From contig JASCQW010000132.1 of assembly GCA_030264375.1 (NCBI GenBank), forward strand, positions 65,460,681-65,524,680: a stretch of 64,000 nt of DNA. Reading direction: 5' to 3'. Under the pieces are notes generated by a model that was given only the letters and a program-made list of their open reading frames with translations, was not told the origin of the DNA and did not search any database. The position numbers and the translations under genes were made by a program. Of this stretch, positions 51,815-64,000 are shown one piece after another; the stretch's first letter is position 1, and each line of letters starts with the position of its first letter. The DNA comes from Carcharhinus longimanus (taxonomy: Eukaryota).

Positions 51815-52963
51815 NNNNNNNNNNNNNNNNNNNNNNNNNNNNNNNNNNNNNNNNNNNNNNNNNNNNNNNNNNNNNNNNNNNNNNNNNNNNNNNNNNNNNN
51901 NNNNNNNNNNNNNNNNNNNNNNNNNNNNNNNNNNNNNNNNNNNNNNNNNNNNNNNNNNNNNNNNNNNNNNNNNNNNNNNNNNNNNNNNNNNNNNNNNNNN
52001 NNNNNNNNNNNNNNNNNNNNNNNNNNNNNNNNNNNNNNNNNNNNNNNNNNNNNNNNNNNNNNNNNNNNNNNNNNNNNNNNNNNNNNNNNNNNNNNNNNNN
52101 NNNNNNNNNNNNNNNNNNNNNNNNNNNNNNNNNNNNNNNNNNNNNNNNNNNNNNNNNNNNNNNNNNNNNNNNNNNNNNNNNNNNNNNNNNNNNNNNNNNN
52201 NNNNNNNNNNNNNNNNNNNNNNNNNNNNNNNNNNNNNNNNNNNNNNNNNNNNNNNNNNNNNNNNNNNNNNNNNNNNNNNNNNNNNNNNNNNNNNNNNNNN
52301 NNNNNNNNNNNNNNNNNNNNNNNNNNNNNNNNNNNNNNNNNNNNNNNNNNNNNNNNNNNNNNNNNNNNNNNNNNNNNNNNNNNNNNNNNNNNNNNNNNNN
52401 NNNNNNNNNNNNNNNNNNNNNNNNNNNNNNNNNNNNNNNNNNNNNNNNNNNNNNNNNNNNNNNNNNNNNNNNNNNNNNNNNNNNNNNNNNNNNNNNNNNN
52501 NNNNNNNNNNNNNNNNNNNNNNNNNNNNNNNNNNNNNNNNNNNNNNNNNNNNNNNNNNNNNNNNNNNNNNNNNNNNNNNNNNNNNNNNNNNNNNNNNNNN
52601 NNNNNNNNNNNNNNNNNNNNNNNNNNNNNNNNNNNNNNNNNNNNNNNNNNNNNNNNNNNNNNNNNNNNNNNNNNNNNNNNNNNNNNNNNNNNNNNNNNNN
52701 NNNNNNNNNNNNNNNNNNNNNNNNNNNNNNNNNNNNNNNNNNNNNNNNNNNNNNNNNNNNNNNNNNNNNNNNNNNNNNNNNNNNNACATCGTGGGCCGAA
52801 GGGCCTGTTCTGCGCTGTAATGTTCTATGTTCTATGTTCTGTTTTTTTTGTTGATATATCATTCATGCCAGGACAAGGCAGATTTTTCAAAGAGGGTTAG
52901 GGGTCGGTGAAGTGGGTGGATTCCCTTCTTGGAAACACTGTACAGACACATTTTACACACTTC

Positions 52964-53400
52964 GGGCCCAATTTTACCATTTGGAGTCTAAGGGCCAGAT
53001 CTGAGCGTAATACAGATCCCCCCATTACCAGAGAGCCATCCATCCCCCTCCCCATCAGTGAGCAATTGGGCCTCCCCCACACCACCAGACAACGATCAGC
53101 CCTCTCACCCCCACCTCCCCAGAGATACATCTGACCCACCTCCCTCCCCCCCCCCCAGAGGATGATCTGTGTTACAGAGCTGCTCTCTCCGCTCTTTTTT
53201 TTATTCCCTTCCCGCCCAGGTGTGCTTTTTCAATTTTTTTTCAAACTGCACATATTCTGGCAGCACTAAGCCCCGCCCACAGTGCAGATCGGACCAAAGC
53301 CAGTAATAAGTGTATGGGCGCGCTGGAAAGAGGATTCCGGACTTGGATCTGTATTGTGTCCAGATCTGGCCCTTAGACTCCAAATAGTAACATCAGGCCC
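52964..53400. mobile_element. MITE with ~55 bp TIRs
   Basis: gggcccaattttaccatttggagtctaagggccagatctg...tacagatcc pairs with ggatctgta...cagatctggcccttagactccaaatagtaacatcaggccc. Confidence 0.85.
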
Positions 53401-55559
53401 TGTATGTCTGTATCTGGCTATTGCTCCCCCACTATGCTCCATTCTCATCTCTGTACTCATATCAGTCTTCTTACAGTGTGTTATCTTGTTACCTCGGTGG
53501 TTTTGGAACTTTAACTACTTTGGACATAAATGTCTCTGCTTAACAAGAGGCAACTATAAATTGCATAAAATTTCATCAAAACCTTTTTCATTGCAATTTC
53601 CTTACCAACTAAACAATTGCTAGGAATTTCCTTGGGAAGCATTCTTCTGTCATAACTTTGGTGAAAGACCAGTGCTTGCTAAACTGTGGAACAGGAAATT
53701 CCCAGCATTTCACTCCATAACTATTATTGCTAATGTGTTTGTCACGAACCCAACGCTTCACTCAGATTCAGTGTAAATTATTTAGAAGCTTCATAACTAC
53801 TTATTCCCATTTATATTCATTAATTCAATGCCAGCATATAAGCACCTCATTCTTCATTCTGCTCCAATGAATTCATTCTAAAACCGTTCAGCAGTTATTT
53901 GATAACCTATTATTAAATATTGTTTAAGATAGCTGCCTGAGAACTGAGCTCATTCTCTTGTTTACAACTTCAAATTAGTTCCCTGAGCAGTCTGATTGTA
54001 AGGTTGCTGGTCTGTCTTGTGCATAAGGTACTGGTGATGGCCTAGCGTGTTCACACAACACTGAACAGCTTTTAAATAATACAGTGTACACTGTTTTTTT
54101 ATTTGTATTAATCACAAATTTTGTTACAAAATTGATGCATGAATAATAAATAAGGATGAAAATATGACAGTAATGAATATTTATCTTAAATAACTAGTTT
54201 TGGGAAGACAAATCTCATAGTGCACTATCATAAGAAATGCTTTAGCATATGATTGGCGTTATTTCAGATTATTATGCCATTGGATCAAGACCATAGTGTG
54301 CCTCTATGTTGTCAGACAGTTTGTTTAACATCCAGTCTTGGATGAATTGCAGTTTCCTTCTGCCAAACTTTCAGAAGACCAAAGCTTTTGATCCCTGTCA
54401 CAATCTACATACACTTGTCATCGATTCCTTCCCCTTCTCCATTTACTGTGTCAGGCTTTACCAGATGGTTTGCAAATACAGCTATCTATTCAACTTGTGA
54501 GCTAAGCTTCTGATCCTCTTCACTCTTCATTACAAAAGCTGTACCATTGTTCTCATGCAATGAATTTATCTATTGTAATTTCATGAAAATATCATGGCTG
54601 TCCCTAATATAGATATAGCAGTAGAGGCCCTAATTTTACATCTCTAACTGGAATTTTATATGTTTTCATAATTTGAGAGATCAAGGTAGTTTTAACTTTA
54701 TTTGACAATATTGGCCCTCTGTGATGTTGCTCATGATAAGTCAAAGAACAAGCTGTTTTAATAATGGAGAGGTAAATTACTTTTTTCCCAAAGGCATATC
54801 TGTGATTTTTTAAAAAAAATTAAGTACTGTTCATAGTAAATAAGAAATCTAGAAGCTAATTAATAGTTATATTTACATATGTCATGGAGTCTAATATCTG
54901 TTTCAGGTATCTGGGAGGGTTACCTTAAAGATGACCAACATCAAGTTGCATGTCTCCTGAGTGTGCTTTTGATGTTGGTCCCCAAAGTTGGTTCTCGGTG
55001 CAACAGTTCCGCATCCATAAAATAGACACATTATTTAATTCTTATTCTTGTATAAATGCAAGAATTACTATTGAACTGTGGAAGGCACCACGCCCAAACA
55101 ACCAGGAGTGGAAGTAAACATATGCTATCCCACCTCCCTCCCCTGCTCCACAATCCTATCAAATAACTAAAAGATGCTAAGGTCAATTATATATCCCGTA
55201 TCCCATTATTAGAAATTAGATCAGCTAAATTAAAACAGACTGAAAGTAGAACCTGGAATCTTTATGATCTCTACAGTTCAGCTACTTGTTGCTTTAGCCA
55301 ATTAATTCATCAATGTTACTTAAATGAAAGGGCCAAGATAGCAGTGTGCAACAAGCGAAGAATGAAAGCCCTGCAAACATGCTGTTAATATAATCACAAG
55401 AAAATTTGGGAGCAACTTCAGGGTTTAAAGTTCTGATACACCCATTTGGGTGTACTTTGGAATATGTATAGCAAATTTGTGGGCAGTACGTAGGAGATTA
55501 TAACCCCTTGACATAAGATGTGGGATTGGTGCCAAAAGGTTGAAGAATTTCAAGTGTTG

Positions 55560-57435
55560 CACTTGCAAATAGGGGATTGGCAGATTCTCAGCAGCAGATG
55601 TTAGGCCAGTCAGACTAACATCAGTGGTGGAGAAACTTTTAGAGACAATAATCCATCACAGGATGATGGGCACTTCAAAAAAGTGTTAATAAATGAAAGT
55701 CATCATGAATTTGTTAAATACAAATTATGCTTGACTAACTTGATTGCACTCTTTGGTGAAGTAATGGTAAGGATTGATAAAGATTATGCTGCATGTTTAT
55801 AGTCTTTCAAAGGAAAGATGAAGTATCACGTAGTAGACTTGATAGAAAAATTGAAACCGGTGGGTTTAAAGTGGCTGTGTGGATACGAAAATAGGTAAAG
55901 GGATAGGAAGTAGCAGTAATGAATGATTATTTATCAGACTAGAGTGAAATGTGCAGTGGTATGCACCCAGTGGCTGGTGTGACCACTGCTTTCACTGGTA
56001 CAGATTAATATGACCATTTGCACATGACACGAAACTCAGAAATGTAGTAAACAGTGAGAAGAAGATTGTAACATGGACAGGTGATATGGGTAGACACAAC
56101 AATGAAATTCAAGTGCATCGATGGTAGCATAGTGGTTAGCACTGCCACCTCACAGCACCAGGGACCTGGGTTCAATTCTGGCCTCAGGTGGAGTTTGCAC
56201 ATTATCCCCGCATCTGTGTGGACTTCTGTTGGGCGCTCCACTTTCCTCCCACACTCCAGAGACGTGCCGGTTAGATGGATAGGCCATGCTAAATTGACCA
56301 TTAGTCTCCCAGGGGTGGTTGGGGGGTGGGGGGGGGCGGGGGAGTGGGAGGGGGCGTGTGGGGTGCGGGCGCCGTGTTAGTAGGGGAAATACCTAGNNNN
56401 NNNNNNNNNNNNNNNNNNNNNNNNNNNNNNNNNNNNNNNNNNNNNNNNNNNNNNNNNNNNNNNNNNNNNNNNNNNNNNNNNNNNNNNNNNNNNNNNNNNN
56501 NNNNNNNNNNNNNNNNNNNNNNNNNNNNNNNNNNNNNNNNNNNNNNNNNNNNNNNNNNNNNNNNNNNNNNNNNNNNNNNNNNNNNNNNNNNNNNNNNNNN
56601 NNNNNNNNNNNNNNNNNNNNNNNNNNNNNNNNNNNNNNNNNNNNNNNNNNNNNNNNNNNNNNNNNNNNNNNNNNNNNNNNNNNNNNNNNNNNNNNNNNNN
56701 NNNNNNNNNNNNNNNNNNNNNNNNNNNNNNNNNNNNNNNNNNNNNNNNNNNNNNNNNNNNNNNNNNNNNNNNNNNNNNNNNNNNNNNNNNNNNNNNNNNN
56801 NNNNNNNGCCATGATCTTATTGAATGGCGGGGCAGGCTCGAAGGGCTAGGTGGCCTACTCCTGCTCCTACTTCTTATGTTCTTAAGTATTGAATACAAAC
56901 AGAAGAAAGTTACACACAGCCCTTACAAAACAGACCCCAGCGGGAGTATTGAGGCCTATTCCGGGTACTGCACTTTAGCAAGGACATCAAGGCTTTAGCA
57001 AGGTTGCAGAGGAGGTTTAACAGAATGGCAGAGAAATGAAAGACTTTTGTTACAGAGAGGAGCCGATGTGGTTCTCCTTTGAGCAAAGAACATTAGAGGC
57101 AGATTTGACAGACCATTCAAAACCATGAAGGTTTTGATAGAGTAAAATTGTTCCGAGTGGAAGCTTAGTAACCAAATGGTAAAGTACTTGGCAAAAGAAC
57201 CACACGCAACATGAAGAAAAGAATGTTTACGCAGTGAGTTATCATGATTGAGAATACAGTGCCTGAGAAAGTGGTGGAAATGGATTCAATAGTAATTTTC
57301 AAAAAGGAATTGGATGAACACTTGAAGTGGAAAAATTGCAGGGCTATGGAGAAAGAGCAGGGGATTAGTGTTAATTATATCGCTCTTTCAAAAATTTGGC
57401 CAAATTGGTTCCCTTTGTCCTTCTATGTTTCCATT
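55560..57435 (+). mobile_element. Old CR1 LINE with nested HE1-like SINE (~56122-56300) and a young CR1 tail (56809-56885)
   Basis: Degenerate RPV.LTSVV.KLLE, CLTNLI and LQRRFNRM motifs. SINE head gtagcatagtggttagcactgccacctcacagcaccagggacctgggttcaattc. Confidence 0.75.
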
Positions 57436-57538
57436 ACACTGATGCAGTTATTTATAATTTATTCTGATTTGCATTCAGTAACATGTGGGAATGGAGTCCT
57501 GCAGAGTGTAAAATTCACATTATCGCATTTCTTTATAG

Positions 57539-57659
57539 ATAGTGACAAGCCTCTAATGAAAAACCAGCATGATTCACGGTCACAGGTGCCTTGGGGCACC
57601 ACTCTGGAGCCTTCCAGAACAAAGAAAGATGTCCCAGAAGATATCAACTCTCCAGAACA
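57539..57659 (+). CDS. GABBR2: GABA-B receptor subunit 2 coding exon (C-tail; ~exon 18)
   Basis: Acceptor ttctttatag, donor gtatgt, 121 nt, phase 1/2. Translates (D)SDKPLMKNQHDSRSQVPWGTTLEPSRTKKDVPEDINSPE(H). The EPSRT...EDINSPEH motif matches GABA-B2 and the phases join both neighbouring exons. Confidence 0.93.
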
Positions 57660-58170
57660 GTATGTATTGTAACAAGCATTTTTTTGCAATGTTCAGAAGC
57701 AATTACTATTACTATTATATTTCATATTAAAATCAAGACACTGGCCAAAATTTCCCAACTGTTCACAGCAACGGGATCTTCTGGCCCTACCGACAAAGCA
57801 CACATTGCTGGTTTCCTGGCAGCATGCGATGGAATCAATGGGCAATCCCATTGACAGAGTCAGGGCCCAAAGATCTCGCCACCGGCCAACAGCGTGCTAC
57901 CTCCCACCGCAAGAAACACACCATGGGGATGCCAGAAAATACCAAAAATCTCCCTAAAGATACTTTTTGTCAATTTTTCCAAGTAATTTGGCTTAATATT
58001 TATTCATATCGTAAATTTTTCAAGATGTCCCCAACTGCAAATATATTTTAATGTTGTGACATTTAGCTGAGAACGGTAATCAGCAATCCAATTATTTCAT
58101 TCCTGAGTTAATCACTGGTGAAGCTATTTGTACTTTGACAATAGCTAGACAAAGATGATTTGCTTTTCAG

Positions 58171-58420
58171 TATTGTTATCCAAATCACCGAAGAAACAGA
58201 TCAAAGCCTCGCCACGTTCATTAGCAGAGATATCAGCTTGGATAATGAGCATCAATTGTTTCAGTGTTTAGGAACTGTTCCATCTCAATACCATCCATTA
58301 GATGATCTACATACTGATAACCTCGTGATCCCCTATCAGGGCAGTTTTTTCTCTGCCGCTGTGACAGGAGATGACAGTGATGCGCATGGCCTCAACTTGA
58401 GATTCTCCAGTGTAGACTGA
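58171..58420 (+). CDS. Candidate alternative terminal exon of GABBR2 (unverified)
   Basis: Acceptor tttgcttttcag, in the phase needed after exon 57539-57659. 82 open codons, IVIQITEE...RFSSVD, then TGA. Confidence 0.4.
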
Positions 58421-61222
58421 TTTATGTGCTTCACCAGTGTCATATAGAAAAAGAAGTAGATACTTTTGATAATCCTACCCTGAGACTTTAATCCACTGAA
58501 TACTGTTGTGTTTTCCTTAATTTGGGTAGCCTTGATGGAAAGTTTATTTTGCAGCAAATGCTGCAATGTGTGGTAGAAAATGAGACTAAAACCATTGCAT
58601 GAGCAACTTGATGCTTATCGTAACATTTCTAGTTCAGGTAAAGATTGTTGGAAGCTTGTTACATGGTACATTTTGTGATTGTCATTGCTGGTAGCTTATA
58701 GTTGTCATGGACATTGCTACAGGCAAGAGGTTTTTTGGTAGAACCATGCCCAGTTTGTGGCCAAATCTGCATACAAACAAACATTAGACAACGACTTGTG
58801 GAAAATACCAATTTCATTGTTGTACATATTCTGAAACTGGCTTCCTGCTTCGATTATCTTGATCTGTTTTGCCTGAAAATGTCCAAGGTTTCTCCAAAGA
58901 AACCTACAATTCCATTATAACAGCATCTGCCTGCCTCTTTTATGTTCTTTATGAGCTCAAAGTCCAAAATCCTGCATCTGAAGGCTACCTGAAAGACACT
59001 CAACCTAATTTTGTTTGGACAGACATGTTTGAGGAAAAAGTGTGTCTTCCTCTTAGCTCCTGAAAATATTGTGGCCTGCTGCCAATCTGTGCTCAATCAT
59101 CTTGAGATCAGCTTCCCTTGCAGACCCAATTACCAATCAGTTCAGCACAGGAGCTGGCCAATTTCCCACCCTTTCACATCTGGCAGTATTCAAATGTGGC
59201 CTACATCCAAAGTAATAGTGTGGTGTTATGATCCTGTCTGCTGTTAATATGGGACAAGTCAAATACTAGAGTGAAAGATCCTAACTTACTTTTTAGAAAC
59301 CATGGAGGAAAGTTACTGAACAAATTGTTGGAGGTTGCTAGTGAACTTTTAATACAAATAAGAAAATATTTATTAAAACAAGAGAAATGAACTATTTTGC
59401 GTTAGGTTGGAAAGGTTGGAAAGACTAATACAAACGCAAGAAAATGGTTCAAATTTCCGTTATTCCTTTACTCCAGCAATAGCTTTGCAGACACATAAAC
59501 CACACAGAGTTACCAGTAACTCGCCACAAAGCCTTTTTGCTTAGGCATTCACATGATACCACTCACCCAACTTGTATGCCTCCCTGTGACAACTAAAGAG
59601 TGCATGCTAAACCCACCATTTCTTCAGCTGCGAGCAAACAAATGAGTTCCCTAAACTCAGTTTTCCAGTAATACCTTTGCAAACTGATCATTTCATTAAG
59701 GCCCAGTTAATTACTGTCCCACTAATCTCAAATCCCTGTCTTTTTAGTCTGACATACACAGAAAAAGCAGGACCAAAGAGATGTGTGTGGGACGGCGGGG
59801 GGCAGGTGTTCAGTGTGTCAGTCATTGGATCATTGTCACTAGAAAACAGTATAGCTTTGCTACTTCACGTTTTGTTTTCAGAATCACTGAACTTTCAACC
59901 ACTTTTAACTCATCTCTTCAGAACTAAGACTTCATTAAAAATGTATGTATATATAAACAAACCCAAAAGACCTGAAACCTTTCAGTCAGAAGCCAATCCA
60001 GCCTCCAAGGCACCAATGTTTATAACTAAGACCTGAATGAAACTGAAACCATTTTAACTTTCTTAATACATACACACACAAATATATATGTATACTGGTT
60101 CATAATATAGCAGGGGTAAGGTGCCAACTGAGGTGAAAAGAGCACGAGGGGAAGAGCAGAATGCCTCAGAGGGAAGGAAGGGGGCTGGATGTGAGATAGT
60201 GGTGGGGGATGGGAGGGTTAAAGGAATTGATAGNNNNNNNNNNNNNNNNNNNNNNNNNNNNNNNNNNNNNNNNNNNNNNNNNNNNNNNNNNNNNNNNNNN
60301 NNNNNNNNNNNNNNNNNNNNNNNNNNNNNNNNNNNNNNNNNNNNNNNNNNNNNNNNNNNNNNNNNNNNNNNNNNNNNNNNNNNNNNNNNNNNNNNNNNNN
60401 NNNNNNNNNNNNNNNNNNNNNNNNNNNNNNNNNNNNNNNNNNNNNNNNNNNNNNNNNNNNNNNNNNNNNNNNNNNNNNNNNNNNNNNNNNNNNNNNNNNN
60501 NNNNNNNNNNNNNNNNNNNNNNNNNNNNNNNNNNNNNNNNNNNNNNNNNNNNNNNNNNNNNNNNNNNNNNNNNNNNNNNNNNNNNNNNNNNNNNNNNNNN
60601 NNNNNNNNNNNNNNNNNNNNNNNNNNNNNNNNNNNNNNNNNNNNNNNNNNNNNNNNNNNNNNNNNNNNNNNNNNNNNNNNNNNNNNNNNNNNNNNNNNNN
60701 NNNNNNNNNNNNNNNNNNNNNNNNNNNNNNNNNNNNNNNNNNNNNNNNNNNNNNNNNNNNNNNNNNNNNNNNNNNNNNNNNNNNNNNNNNNNNNNNNNNN
60801 NNNNNNNNNNNNNNNNNNNNNNNNNNNNNNNNNNNNNNNNNNNNNNNNNNNNNNNNNNNNNNNNNNNNNNNNNNNNNNNNNNNNNNNNNNNNNNNNNNNN
60901 CAGAGCCACAGCAAGGTGGTTGACTCTCAATTGCCCTCGGGCAACCAGGGATGGGCAATAAATACTGGCCAGCCAGCAATGCCCAAGTCCCATAAATGAA
61001 AAAAAACTGGAAACACACAAGAGGTTTTATTTCTCTTGTTTTTGATAACATTGCTGATCTGTATCTAGAGGCACCAATCAATGAATAATGAGAGGATCAA
61101 GTTAGCAAGTTTCGCCACCAGGTTAATGGATAGAATTACTGAAACAAACTTTACTTTTGTAGCTAATGTTGAATTTGCATTTACTAAATTCTAGCAAATG
61201 TCCTACAAGTGATGATTAGTAA

Positions 61223-61408
<186 letters not shown>

Positions 61409-64000
61409 AGAAGAGCTTTTGTAGCCTGAACTGAAGAGTACTCAGTGTTTGGACTGTGTACTCCACCTAGTTCTCTGCTACGTACACGATGCACGCTCTC
61501 CTTACCACAGAGGAATAGGCATTTGAAACAGACACTACTGAGTTCCTGAGCCAGTTTGTGTGGTCTTGGGGAGATGTCCTGAATCTGACCTGTAGCCTTA
61601 TCTGTGAAGTTTTTGTTTCTGCATAAACTGGATGTACGTTTCCTCCCCAGAAAGAGTGACAGGTTTTCTTAAGGAAGCAGGGACTGAAGTTTTATCAAAA
61701 CTGCACAATGGTTTTTTTAATGTCACAATCATGAAGGGAGAAAATTGAGTTGCTATGCAAAATTTGATACGTAATAATGGTTCACACTTCAAACAAAATC
61801 CAGTATATATAAATTTAAATTGTAGCATATAAGCAAATATTGTCACTGTTTCTGCACATGAACACACAAAAGAAGCATTCTGTACTAAACCCCTAGGCAA
61901 ATTTTGATATGGAGAATGAAGCTTTGTAATAACTATGTCCACTGTAGAAATGTGTTTCTATTGTAGAAACTACTGCCTGATTTAGAATGACACATTCTGA
62001 TAAGTCACAGGGGTCTTTTGAACATGGTAAGTGGACAGTGTATAGGTTGGTGTAGAAGTGGTTTTGCTACTAGTCTGATAGAGTGAGGTTTGCCAATTCA
62101 AAACATTATGGCTTCTGTCCAAAACCTTTATTCTGATAAAACTTGGTATCTCTTGCTCACAAGTTGATGATTTCTGGTTGTGGTATATATTTGTAGTACT
62201 ACAGACTGAAACTGGTGTCCTGAGTGAAACCAGTAGAAGTGGAGCTTGTCAGTTCCTGGCTGAACAAAGGAGAACAAGTGGTGAGTTTTCTTAGTTCAAA
62301 TACTGAAAACAAAAGCTAAACGGGTTTGATGTCACTCCATCTTTGTTTCCCCATATGCCAATCAGTATCTTTGCTTAGCTAGCCCACTCTGTGTTCATAT
62401 TTATTACATCCTTGGTCAAAATACGACATATGACTAATTGAAAGGTTGTCACATGTAAACAAAAATGTTTCCATTATTTCCCCACCTGACTTCAGCAGGC
62501 AATCTGCTAAACATGCAGCCAAGGGAAAGATTATCACATTGTTGTGACAAAGTACACATTTAGGCAGTACAGAAAGATGATGAAACAGAATCTGTTTTGA
62601 AGTTAAATTCCAAGGTTTAATAAAAATTATACACTGAGTGCAAGTTGAGTGACAACATAACTTATGACCTTTGCTTATCGTTAACGAGGTATCTGACATG
62701 AATGGAAATCTGTCATTCTGATTGACAATCTCCAGCTCAAATCATGCAGGTCTTGTTGCCTGATATACAGTCCATATTCTGTCCCCAGAGGGGTACACCT
62801 CATTTGCCTACACCACAGAATTTAAGAGCAGGTAAGCAATTGCAAAGGTTTAGGGATCTCCAAATGTGTGTAGCGGTACTGCTCGTTTTTACCAGCTAAG
62901 ATTGTGTCACCCACCAACAGAGAATACTGGTAAGCTTCCAATTATGTGCCCAGCTTGGGCTATCCTTCCGATTAGGAAATTAGTTTGCTAGATTATCTGG
63001 ATCCAAGTGCTGAGAAATTCCAATGCCCATGACAAGTATAATCCACTAGGTTCTCTGAGTGAGCTGAACTCACTCTCAAGCATTTTGGAGGACTGTGGAA
63101 CTACCTGGCTCAGGTATTGAACTTCCAAGTTTGTCTCAAGAGAATTGACTTTGTGCCATCTCCCATAACTCATGGGTCACCTTGGAATCAAATTAGATCT
63201 CTCCCGGCTGCTGCCTATGCCCCCTTCAAGGAAGATAGTGCCTCGTTGATCAATGAGACAACTGACAAGTGTGGGTTTGAGCCCTCACCCGCAGACAACG
63301 TACCCGAGACTCACTTGACTATAATGGAGAAGCATCCAAATGGGACACTGGTGCTTTACTACTACTGCACCAGTCAACAGTTGTATATCATAACTTAGAT
63401 TCTGATTGTGTCCAAAAGGCCCCAACAAAGCTGAGCCAGGTTTGCATTTCTGTCAAGGTTGCACAATCCCATGTTCATCTACGTCAAAGGAGCATGCTCA
63501 GTGCACTGATAAACCAGTAATAATAAGCTTTTAATTAACGTTGTGAAGAAATGCTGTTTTCTGGTATTCTGAATGGTAACACTGGCTGTTAATGTATTTC
63601 CCTGCCTCCTTAACTCAACACTAACCAGGTTTATTTTTGAAGACAGTTCATCACATGGAAGGAGGACTGACTATTGTATATAATGTATACACAAGTTCTC
63701 TGTAGAAATATTATTCTAACATAGCAGGAAAAAAACAAAAAAAAAAGTATTGGACTTGGAGGTGAGCGTGTGTATCTGTGACTGTCTGTGAATACTGACT
63801 GTGTGCAGTTTATTAGGTTTAAACCATGCAGTACATTTCTGTCTTAATGATACAGTAGTTCTTTCCCGTAAGGAAACATTTTTATTTCCTGCCAATATCA
63901 AAGACCCACAAAGTAATATAGTTATTTAATGTTTCTGTTCTTTTATACAGCAGCAAAAAAGGGTAAATTTATGGAGAAGGCTGTGCCCCTAATGGCATTT
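61409..64000 (+). other. GABBR2: Probable GABBR2 3'UTR and/or downstream flank (true end unknown)
   Basis: Follows the stop codon. AT-rich and poor in recognisable repeats compared with the introns. One AATAAA at 62619-62624. Confidence 0.55.

Noticed and set aside
51702-52900. Long ORFs of 337-387 aa (similar ones at 56326-56898 and 60063-61081)
   Set aside because: Artefacts of N runs. They are almost entirely X.
57244-57672. 142 aa ORF as a separate gene or an extended exon
   Set aside because: Its N-terminal part is CR1 tail and intron. Only 57539-57659 matches GABA-B2. The read-through ending EQYVL* has no supporting evidence.
63117-63398. 93 aa ORF downstream of the stop codon
   Set aside because: Non-ATG start, no recognisable homology, and no splice context linking it to GABBR2.

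Overview
Vertebrate genomic DNA, very likely a shark or other elasmobranch (HE1/V-SINE-like and SacSINE1-like SINEs, abundant CR1 LINEs and Penelope-like elements), from a gapped draft assembly. The only host gene found is the 3' part of GABBR2 (GABA-B receptor subunit 2) on the + strand. It has six GT-AG coding exons at 37590-37700, 38770-38994, 43300-43482, 47920-48049, 57539-57659 and 61243-61408, ending ...RVMVSGL*, followed by a probable 3'UTR. Positions 1-37589 are inferred to be one long GABBR2 intron. The introns hold decayed CR1, L2 and RTE LINEs, SINEs, Penelope-like elements with minimal hammerhead ribozyme motifs, PIF/Harbinger-like MITEs and a decayed Myb/SANT transposon gene. The best leads are a phase-compatible candidate alternative last exon of GABBR2 (58171-58420), Asn at the position of the mammalian AMPK site S783, hammerhead-bearing Penelope termini, and a recurrent fold-back Penelope insertion pattern with 12-14 bp target-site duplications. 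I found no convincing wholly new multi-gene system. Exon coordinates are exact. Repeat boundaries are approximate. Family names and mammalian residue numbers are recalled from memory, not from database searches.
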